The notes under the pieces are model-generated. The model was not told where the DNA came from and searched no databases. It saw nothing but the letters and a program-made list of their open reading frames with translations. Made by a program: the position numbers and the translations under genes. This document shows, one piece after another, positions 39,201 to 48,790 of a DNA stretch of 64,000 bases; the first letter of the stretch is position 1, and every line of letters begins with the position of its first letter. The DNA is from Vermamoeba vermiformis. Its lineage: Eukaryota. The stretch is taken from assembly GCA_045837725.1 (NCBI GenBank), contig JBEWZL010000078.1, positions 62,001 through 126,000 on the forward strand, given 5' to 3'.

Positions 39201-41147
39201 CTGACACTGTGGTTCAAGCACGGCCCCAAGAGCAAGGCTGTGATTGGTGCGCTGCAGCAGGGCTTTGGATTCCACACCGCTCGATCACGTGCGCAAGACG
39301 ATCCTGCGCTGACAGTGTGGCTGCAAGTGGTGCCGCAGATCATTGCGCGCATGGACGTGTCGGAGGTGCACACGCGTCAGATCATCTTCGAGCTGTTCGA
39401 TCAGTTGGGTCGCTCACATCCGCAAGCACTGGTCTATCCGCTCACCCTCAGCGCCAAGTCACAGGACGTCAATCGGCAGACACTCTCGCGCTCCATCATG
39501 GACAGCATGCGCCAGCACAGCAGTCACGTGCTCGATCAGGCACTGGTGGTCAGTCAAGAGCTGATTCGCGTGGCGATCACGTGGTGGGAGGCCTGGCACG
39601 AGGGGCTGGAAGAGGCGAGCAAGTTCTTCTTCAACGAGAACAACATTGAGGGCATGCTGCAAGTGCTGCAAGGACTGCACAAGACGATCCAATCGGGCCC
39701 CGAGACCATCATCGAACTCGCCTTCCACCAGTCCTTTGCGCGCGATCTGAGCGAGGCTGAGGCGTGGCTGGGCCGCTATCAGAGCAGCAACAACGAGCTG
39801 TGTCTGCACCAGGCCTGGGACCTGTACTACATTGTGTTCAAGCAGATCTCCAAGCACATCACCAATCTCACCTCGCTCGAGCTCAAGTACTCCTCGCCCA
39901 AGCTCTTGCAAGCACGCGAGTTGGATCTTGCAGTGCCTGGCACCTACAAGCCCGATCGCGCGGTGGTGCGCATTCACCACTTTGCACCGCAGCTGTCCGT
40001 CATCTCCTCCAAGCAGCGACCGCGCAAGCTGCGCATCAAGGGCAGCGATGGCACGGACTACTCGTTCTTGCTGAAGGGACACGAAGATCTGCGCCAAGAC
40101 GAGCGCGTGATGCAGCTGTTTGGACTCGTGAACACGCTGCTCAACAATCACCGCAAGACCTCCGATCGACATCTGCGCATTCGTCGCTACAGTGTCACGC
40201 CACTCTCGCCCTACTCGGGACTCATTGGCTGGGTGCCACACTGCGACACCTTGCACCAGCTCATTCGCGAGTACCGCAACAGCTGCGAGCCCAAGCTGCC
40301 GATGAATCTCGAGACCAAGCTCATGGCCAAGTTTGCAGGTGACTACAATCTGCTGACACCCATTCAGAAAGCGGAGGCCTTCAAGTACGTCACCACGCAG
40401 ACTGACGGACAGGACCTGGCACGTGTCATGTGGCTGTCCAGTGTCACCAGCGAGGCCTGGCTCGAACGACGCACCAACTACACGCGCTCGCTGGCTGTCA
40501 TGTCCATGGTGGGCTACATTCTGGGCCTCGGCGATCGACATCCGAGCAACATTATGATCGATCGCCACACTGGTCACGTGGTGCACATTGACTTTGGTGA
40601 CTGCTTTGAAGTCGCCATGCAGCGCGACAAGTTGCCTGAACGCGTGCCCTTCCGTCTGACGCGCATGCTGATCAATGCCATGGAGGCCTGTGGAATTGAA
40701 GGCACATTCCGCACCACGTGTGAGAGTGTCATGGCCGTGCTGCGCGAGAACCGCGACAACTTGATGGCAGTGTTGGAGGCCTTTGTGTACGACCCGCTGA
40801 TCAACTGGCGCCTGTTGGCTGCATCGACGCGCAAGAAGAGTGCGAGCGATGAAGTGCCAACGAGTGACAGACTGCTCGCTGATGAGGACGAGCCTGAGCA
40901 ACAGTCCCCCGCTGAGATCAGCAAGACATTTGCAGGGGATGTGGCGATCATTGGACACGCCAAGGTCGAGGAATTGAATGCCCGTGCACTGTCCGTGCTG
41001 AGTCGTGTGCACAAGAAGCTGACTGGTCGCGACTTCAAGCAACAAGAGCCCCTTGATGTGCAGCGACAAGTGAACAAGCTAATCATGCAAGCCACGTCAT
41101 TGGACAACCTTTCACAGTCGTACTTGGGTTGGTGTCCGTACTGGTAA
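33213..41147 (+). CDS. TOR: Target of rapamycin kinase (HEAT, FAT, FRB, PIKK kinase, FATC)
   Basis: SLRKTLIQLLTELEFSG, FRB ELIRVAITWWEAWHEGLEEAS...QAWDLYY, SKQRPRKL, LLKGHEDLRQDERVMQLFGLVN, GLGDRHPSN, HIDFGDCFE, FATC ending GWCPYW*. Five introns before 34260. Confidence 0.98.
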
Positions 41148-42142
41148 AGCAATTACCGAGTGTTGTAAATAAATTGTATTATTACCGAACTTGCTTTAAT
41201 GATGTCATTGCTTATTGGAAACTTAAGGGAAGTTTAGTTTTTGGGATTTGTGGTATTCACAATGCTCTCCCTATGACTTTAGTGATGATCCAGAAGGACC
41301 AACTTCATTTTCAACAAATTTCACAAGTCCCCCATTGGAATTCTTTGCTGCAGACATTTAAAGGCACAATTTGGATGTAGTAGAGTAATGAAAGTTTTGA
41401 CTGAGGGATTTGGGAGAAAACCACTCAAAGTTGAATCCAAGGCCAGTGGACCCACAACAGGTAATACTCACAGAAATGAGTAATTAGGAATGCTCTTAGG
41501 CCCAAGTTGAGTACAATACGGACATCTTGTCCCCAGATGGACACCCTGTCTACAGACAGCATTCCTTTGGGGACGTCTTGTCCGCCAAAAATTGGACATC
41601 TGCCATGGACCACACGTCCGCCGACCATACATCATGTAGCCAAAGTTTTTAATAAGATTTCTATATGCCATGTATGTGGTTAAGCATATTCCTTCCATAA
41701 AAAAGTTTGCCACCATGCTGGACAAAGTTACAACATAAAAAAGTACGAATGATGCAAAAAAATTTGGACGGTTAGGTGATTATTGAATACTTAAAGCTGA
41801 AAATCTGCAATTGTTGTCTACAATATCTTTGGGATTACTTTTTCTTGTTGACATTGGTAGGTGTGGTATTTCCAAGAATTAAATTTGGGTATTGCCAATA
41901 GAACAATGTTCTAGTACTAAAGTTCTTTGCAGAACAATGACATTTTCAGCCTCCAGCGTATCCCAAAGCGTACTGATGCCTATAGTGGTCCATTGGTGCT
42001 AAAGGCAGATGTTGGCAACTTCTAGGAAGAAGGGATTCAGAATCAAAGTAGCAGGGCCTGAAATTGGGATGAATCTGAGGATGCCTCTGACTCTCTGCTT
42101 CCAAACTGGCACTCAAACCAAAGGACCCCTGGTAATGGCAAA

Positions 42143-42612
42143 GGAGGATGGCCAATCCAGCATGGATGACATAGCCAGCCAGGGTGAGATGTCCAGCCCG
42201 GCTAAGTTATCCAGCCCGGACAAGTTGCATGTCCCGGACAAGTAAAAACTTCCGGATAAGTATATGGAGGGTGTGCAAAGAACTTCTTTTTGTGTTGGAT
42301 AACCATAGTGCACTAAGTAACCATTGTTCCTTCAATTATGAACCTACTAGCTGAAAAAGCAACAAAGATCAATCAACTATGTGGATAATAATTAACGCTA
42401 CCCACGGGATTTGAACCCATGACCTCAGTGCAGTTGACAGTTTCAGTCCACCTTGAGCAGGTACCAAGCCATACAAATAAATAAAAATCAGGTATGCCGC
42501 TGGGATTTGAACCTGGGACATCTGCGTGGTTGCCAACCCAAGTTTCCACCACCTGCCTCCGGATAGCCAGAACGTTCCGGATAGCCGAGCCGAGCCGGAC
42601 TGGCCATCTTCC
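42143..42612. mobile_element. Nested ~470-bp TIR element (MITE-like) carrying two tRNA-like units
   Basis: TIRs GGAGGATGGCCAATCCAGC (42143-42161) and GCCGGACTGGCCATCTTCC (42594-42612), 16/19 match with all mismatches transitions. Flanks ATGGCAAA / ATGGAAAG are a possible degenerate 8-bp TSD. Confidence 0.5.
42397..42568 (-). pseudogene. Two tandem tRNA-like/SINE-head pseudo-units
   Basis: Minus-strand T-arm/B-box motifs CCCAGGTTCAAATCCCAG (42500-42517) and CATGGGTTCAAATCCCGTG (42403-42421), separated by a T-rich run. Full cloverleafs not supportable. Confidence 0.5.
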
Positions 42613-43417
42613 ATGGAAAGTTTGGTGTAGTTGGTCAATTACTAAGGAGGTCGTCCTGCACATGGTGAGCAAGAAGTACCATTGTTGCATCAGGAGGCTT
42701 TGGGCTAAGTGCTGGAGACTGAAAATGCAATTGTTCTGCAAAGAACTTCATCCACGAGAACTTTGTTCTTTTTGCTGCAAAACCACCCAAACTTTGAAAA
42801 TACCATCACAATATAGTGGTAAGTAAACTGAGATATTGTAGTAACTGAAAATTGGAAATGGCAACATGAACCAAACTTGCTTGGTACAATGCACTATTGT
42901 ATGTGCCATGATTTGAGAATTTGTGATTTTAGGTTGCAAACTACATCTGTATTGCACCAACAATTGGGGGCAATAGATTGAACCTATGCATCTTCATGAA
43001 GCAATCTAAGTGGCAAGAAGCTGATATGTGGAAAGCCCACACCTGTTTATTGTGCTTCCTCTGAGCAAACATTGTTAACCTGTGTGGTCCCAGCTTCAGA
43101 TGCACTCAGAGACAGGCTCTTCAGGAAGTCTTCATCCCTCATGGGGCTGGAACAAGATTCTTTATTACCAACTTGAGCGGACACCTTGTCCCCACTAAGT
43201 CCAATTTACCTGGGGACCATCCTTCTTTTTTTAATTAAAGATTGCTCTGTCAATGACGAAGGTAAGTTTACAAATACAACAACTGGGATTGCATGCGGAT
43301 CGTTATCATAGACAGTGTTACAGAAAACTGCTCATTGGACAATTAGTTGCAGTGTGGGATTTGTCAAAGTGTCGTTTCCTGCAAACCCCCGAAAAAATGT
43401 GCGCATTGTGACAGCTC

Positions 43418-44166
43418 TCAGGACCACAGACGATGCTCCAGCAAGTATTCGATCACGAGTGGTGACATCCACGTCTCCAATTGTGTTTGCAGCTCTTCAC
43501 GACTGAGTGTGCCCTGGTAGAATGCACGGAGCGAGTTCCGAATGAGAGTTGATGAGCGCGGCTGATCCACACCAGTCTCACTCACGACGTACTGGATGCA
43601 GTGCCGGTGCGGGTGTTTGTCGATCAGTGCGCGCACATTCATCGGCAAGGCACGGCTGTGCACGCAAATCACTCCCTCGGCGTAGATCCGCTTGGATTTG
43701 ATGGCGAGCAAGTTCTCAGGGCCACACACACTCGGCATGCTCAACTGCACCGCTTGTTGGTAGTGCGCGGTCAGATGTGCAGTCAATCGTGCGCGCAGTT
43801 GCTCCTTCGTCTCGTGCACCAGCAGCGTCAGGTCCTTGTACTCGCGCACGGCGAGGCGCAGCATGGCCCAGCGGTGTTCGTCGCTGATCGCATCCGATCC
43901 GTTCTTGAGCTGCAACTTGGCGCCAGGACTCGGTGCCAGCACACTCAACAGCACGTGGGTGCCACTGTGCGCGCAGTGATCACGTGCTAGCTGCAACAGT
44001 TCGATGTGACCGCGGTGCACGGGACTGCAGAGCTGTCAGGTCAGTACGAGCAAGCAGTCGATGTCACGCACCAGTACGAGCCATACGCGTACAACACTAC
44101 GAAGGGGGGTGGTGCGCTGCCTGGAGTGAGTGCGGGGAGGTGAAGTTGGTGAAGATCGAGCGCCAT
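43418..44166 (-). CDS. Cytidylyltransferase-superfamily (NMNAT/NadD-like) nucleotidyltransferase, 2 exons
   Basis: Spliced LYAYGSYCPVHRGHIELLQLA (HxGH), HRWAMLRLAV, VCGPENLL, RSSTLIRN, VIEYLLEHRLW. Confidence 0.75.
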
Positions 44167-44488
44167 ATCGAGGAATAGTCGCGAGTAATTAGTTAACAAT
44201 AGCAGTACAAAAGAATTCTTGACCGCTCAAGAAATTGCGCAGGTGTTGTGGTCGCTGAATCTGCGCAAAGAGTGCGAATGAAATTGTTGCTCGTGAACAC
44301 GCTGATAGGGTCTGATCGATATTATACAACGTGGCGTACTAGCACGTCGTTGTTTGGTCGACTTTCATACTCATTTCAGCACATCCCCAGTGCATCAGTC
44401 TCTGCTTGCCGTTCAGTGAATTATTTGGAAAAAACGCGTCCGCGTGACGTATTTCCATTGCAGACCACGACTGACACATACGAACAAG

Positions 44489-44782
44489 ATGGGTGACTAC
44501 GAACAGTGCGCTGTTGCTGAAAGTGTGCGCGAGACTTGCAAGCCAAGCTGCAGCAAGTTGTTGGAGGCCTACGAGGACTGCGCGACTCGATTTGCTGCTA
44601 AAGGACCTGTTGATGGCAAAGAAAACTGTCAATATCAATATAACGACTACTGGAAGTGCATGGACAGCTGCGTAAGTGAAATTGCGCTTTAATTGCAATT
44701 ATAACTTTTGTTATTAATTTAACGGATCTAATAATCAATTTTATTCTAGGTCGCTCCTAAATTGTGGAAAAAGCTGAAATAA
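44489..44782 (+). CDS. QCR6: Cytochrome b-c1 complex hinge protein (subunit 6), 2 exons
   Basis: VRETCKPSCSKLLEAYEDCATR...ENCQYQYNDYWKCMDSC|VAPKLWKKLK* shows the UCR-hinge Cys spacing. Confidence 0.9.
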
Positions 44783-45116
44783 TACAACACATATATATAC
44801 AATATTATCCACGTTTTTGCTATTTAAGAAGAATGAGCTGGTTGGTTTTGAACTCACAACTCAAATCTGCTTGTTGGTCGAAAAATAAAATTGTTTGATA
44901 CTCCACTTGGCGACATATGAACACCCGGTATGTGTATATAGCCTATTAACAAACAAATAGACGCAAATTATGTTTACATTATGATTTTCGATAATATATT
45001 CTGGATCCGACAGACAGTTGCGACGAATACAGCAGCAAGCGAATAGTAGTAACGACAATAGGAGCGCTGCATATACACGACTCTATATGCACCTCATAGC
45101 AGACCACTCAGCGAGC

Positions 45117-46621
45117 TCACGCGTTGTGTTCGGTGTCGAGATGTGGTGTGCTGCTCGTGGTGGAACTGCGTCGAGTGGTGAGCTGCACGCTGTTGTGCTG
45201 CGTGTTGTTGTGACTGTGACTAGGGGTGTAGGTACTGTTGTTGTTGTTGTTGTTGTGGTGACTGCTCGTCGACTGCGTGTTGTTGTGATGGTGCGGCAGT
45301 TGACTGTTGCTCGGGGCACTCAACGACGAGCGATGCTTGCGCCACATCTTGAGGTGCTTGAAGTGAATCAAATAGCACTGGTACACTGGCGCATAGCACT
45401 GCTGTTAGTACCGCACTATAGGTAGATATATATATGTATATAGAGGTGCACCCTAGCAGTGCAGCACGTACCTGTCGGAATCAGCTCCGGCATCCAGTAA
45501 GTAATCAGCCAGAACACCCAATTGGGCATGAATGTGTTGGTAATAGGGCGGTACATGAGTCCTACTACACGCGCGAAGAAGCAGAGCAGGTAGAGCAGCG
45601 ACACTGTGAGCAGCTTGCGAATCTGCTGCTTTTTGCGATCGGAGGTGGATTTGTGCACCATGCGCAGCTAGGAGGGGTGATTAGCATCGCCACTAATATG
45701 CCGCGCATTCATACCAGTCGAGCAGGATACACGATGAACAGGATTGCAATAGTGAAACTGAGGAAGGTAAACAGATTGATGTTCACTTCGAACTGGATGT
45801 TGCCCTGAATGATTTTGTTAGTATCGCCGCGGCAATGGTCAGTGCGCGCAATATCAACTGCGACACTATACTACGCACCTCACGCTTGCCATTGATGACG
45901 CCGAACAGGACAATGGTGTGCACGTAGATGAATCCGACTACCACGCCGAAGATGATGAAGAGAATCATGCGCAGCTTCTTCTTGTCGATCTTGCTCTTCA
46001 GCGAGGCACGATGGAGCAGCATGGTCCACTCAATCGCGATCAGAATGAACGAGGTGTTGTGGAACAGCAAGATCCAGCGCAGCAGAATGAACGTGTCGTC
46101 GTGCAGCAGACTAGGCACCATCTTGAACATGTGCCACGGTATGCGCACTGATTGGTTGATTAGTTTTGGGTGCGTATTCGTGGCAATGAATCGCTATCGT
46201 GCTTTGAACCGTCCTATTTTTAGCGTTGCGGGGGTGGATCCCGACATTAAATCGCACGTAGGAGTGTCTTATTCATACGACCAATATTTAAACTAATAAT
46301 GAGCGCTACTTACGCACGGCATACCACACTGTCAAGACTAAGAAGAACAGCGGCAGCCACTCGTCGAATTTGAGGCCCTTCTTGCGCAACTTCTGAATAT
46401 AGCGCGTTGAATATATGACGCCTAGTGCATAGACGAACAGGCAAGTATATCTGGGGTAAAAGGGGGTGAGAAGGATCCGACAACAATCAGTAATTAATTC
46501 GAGTCTTTGATCACTATGCACAGCTCGTGGCTGAATACAACAGCGCGACTATCGATAGTGCGTACAATACTATGCCGAGCACGGGCATCACGATGTCTGC
46601 GGGCGTGGTGAAATCAGGCAT
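45117..46621 (-). CDS. Multi-pass membrane protein, THH1/TOM1/GPR137-like (DUF1084-type), with His/Asn/Thr-rich tail
   Basis: About 7 hydrophobic segments across exons; IRKLLTVSLLYLLCFFARVVGL and YWMPELIPT match the last two TMs of TOM1/GPR137-like proteins. 5' end uncertain. Confidence 0.6.
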
Positions 46622-46837
46622 GGCGTGGATGTGTCGGTCTAGTCGTTACAAATGCGTGTGTATCACTATACTGCACTAAGTACCTCTAGTGTTGTGCACT
46701 GTGCGGCCAAGAACTACAAGACTAACCGCCAACAGAAATTGACACGTGTCAAACCCTGGATTCACCCGAGATTCTGAAAATGAAGAGAACAACCTTGTAC
46801 TGCGCGTATTTCTAAAATAAATAAGAATGATACGAAA

Positions 46838-46908
46838 TCGAGAATATAGGCAGCGAGAGGAGGTGAAACAGCGCCATCGAGAATATAATCAGCGAGAGGA
46901 GGTGAAAG
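46838..46908. repeat. 39-bp-period direct repeat, 2 copies
   Basis: ATCGAGAATATA(GG/AT)CAGCGAGAGGAGGTGAAA occurs twice. Confidence 0.8.
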
Positions 46909-47262
46909 AGTACCACAGACAGTACAACAAACAGTACTACCGCAGCAAGAAACAGTGAATTAATTAACCTGTAATTACTGGAAATAAAACCCGAGATACA
47001 ATTTCATGCTGAGAATAGTAGAGCGACACACATACGATAGATAGCTGTATACGTACAGTGCCTTACAATGGAGTTCTATCTTACAGCTACGTCTCTGGTG
47101 CTCGGCAGTGGTTGTTGACTCTTCTAGCTGAATTTTCACCAAATGTTGGTGATTTATTGTTTTTCCCTAGTTGCACACGCAACAACACAACTCTTTGCCT
47201 GCAACAATATTATTATGCAATACTAGTCGTAATTAATATTAAATAATATTATATAACCATAC

Positions 47263-48402
47263 ATGTCGCGCGCAGAAGATAACAAGGCACAGCGCAGTAG
47301 TAGCGCAGAGGACACCGCAGCGGTGATTGCCACCACGGACACGACAGCACTGCGCGAGGGGACACTAGGCGAGGGGACACTAGGCGAGGCAGTGCTCCGT
47401 ACCACTAGTAGTGACAGTAGTGCGGTACACAAGAGCGCATCTGTTGTCAGAATCGAAGCCCCAGAAATAAGCACGTAAAATAATTTAGGCATTATATAAT
47501 TATTATTATTATAACTATTGATGTGCAGTGGCCGTCATTGGTCGCACGGCCGTCATAGGAAGACAGATCAAGAGGAGCACGCGCAAACACTCTCGGACCC
47601 GCGTGAGACCTGCTGAACCAGGCTTTGCGTGAGTGACGATAATAATACGCGATGAGGAAGAGGTTCGTACTAAGACCTTCTGTCCTAATTTGACAGTCAA
47701 TTCCGCTACGATCTGGTGGAGGTGATCGAGTCCAAAGGCTTTCAATCGACTATACTGGCGCTGATTATACTGGACATGGCACTTGTGATCACGGAGATAG
47801 CCCTCGACAGGTAACAGCACCCCTTTGCGCGCAGCAAGCACTCACCACATCCACCAGTACGCGCTACTGCACTGCTGACGGTCACTTGGAGTTCCCCAAC
47901 GAACACTACGCGGAGGTCGTGGAAGGTAGGGACTAGCGCTGCACACCACACACTAACACAGACCCCTGCGCACAGTGTTCCACTACACCAGCCTGGCGAT
48001 AGTGAGCGTGTTTCTGCTCGAGCTGTTGCTGCTCGTGCTCGGACTCGGCACGCAGTTCTGGCGCCGCATCATGTACGTGGTGGACTTGGCGATTGTACTC
48101 GCAGCCTTCGTGGTCGAGCTGTTCTTGGCGGACATCTTCGCGACCTTCATCATCCTCTTCCGACTGTGGCGCATGGTGCGTGTCATGCACGGCATTTACA
48201 TCAGCGTCGAGGAGAGTCGGTCAGTATTGCCTAATTTGGTAATCGTGTCGCTGATCACTCCACTCACAGCATGCGCAAGATTGACCGCCTCAAAGACAAG
48301 CAGCACGAGCTCAAGCATCAGATCCGCGACTTGACCGAAGAACGCATGCGACTAGTGCTCTTGTTGCAAGAACATCACATCCAGTACACGAGTGTGCAGT
48401 GA
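47263..48402 (+). CDS. HVCN1: Voltage-gated proton channel Hv1, multi-exon
   Basis: S1 ILALIILDMALVITEIALD (selectivity Asp), S2 FHYTSLAIVSVFLLE, S3 VVDLAIVLAAFVVE, S4 FRLWRMVRVMHG (RxWRxxR), C-terminal coiled coil. No pore domain. Confidence 0.9.
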
Positions 48403-48479
48403 AGTGCTCTTGTTGCAAGAACATCACATCCAGTACTCGAGTGTGCAGTGAAGTGCTCTTGTTGCAAGAACATCACATC
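48354..48479 (+). repeat. 49-bp tandem repeat (~2.6 copies) spanning the Hv1 stop codon
   Basis: AGTGCTCTTGTTGCAAGAACATCACATCCAGTACWCGAGTGTGCAGTGA at 48354 and 48403, partial at 48452. Confidence 0.9.
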
Positions 48480-48790
48480 AGAGATGAATGAGAGGGCCGT
48501 GATGCGAAGATTAGGGCCCGTTCAGTGAAAAAGTTGCAAGTATTTCGTGTCTCGCCAGTGGCAGTAAAATTTCACGACACGCCGTGTTCATTTCTTGATT
48601 TTTGTATTTAATGGCAACAACAACAGCACTTCATTCACTTGGATTGATGTAATTGATCACGACTTGCATGTTCTGCAATTAAATTTGCCGATCCATTCTG
48701 CGTCATTACGATCCACTGCTCAACTTAATCTGCTTTAATATATTATCGCATAAATATTGGTAGAATATTCTGCGCAAAACAAACAATTTA

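Larger units (their letters stand above)
41200..43300. mobile_element. AT-rich, CpG-depleted island of degenerate repeat/transposon-derived sequence
   Basis: Abrupt compositional shift after the TOR stop: few CG, abundant TG/CA, stop-riddled frames, short subterminal-type repeats (GGACRTCT ~41520-41600; CCGGAYA ~42197-42583). Family not identifiable. Confidence 0.55.

Noticed and set aside
39459-41069. 536-aa antisense ORF inside TOR, and similar long antisense ORFs in CPSF3, Mga2-like and CARMIL-like genes
   Set aside because: Expected shadow of strong GC3 codon bias on the sense strand; no recognisable motifs.
41946-42963. Short ORFs in the CpG-depleted island as transposase or viral genes
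   Set aside because: No DDE, RT, zinc-finger or viral motif could be recognised with confidence.
48354-48479. Regular repeats considered as a CRISPR array (also 50466-50538, 46838-46908)
   Set aside because: Head-to-tail tandem duplications without unique spacers, in a eukaryotic context with no cas genes.
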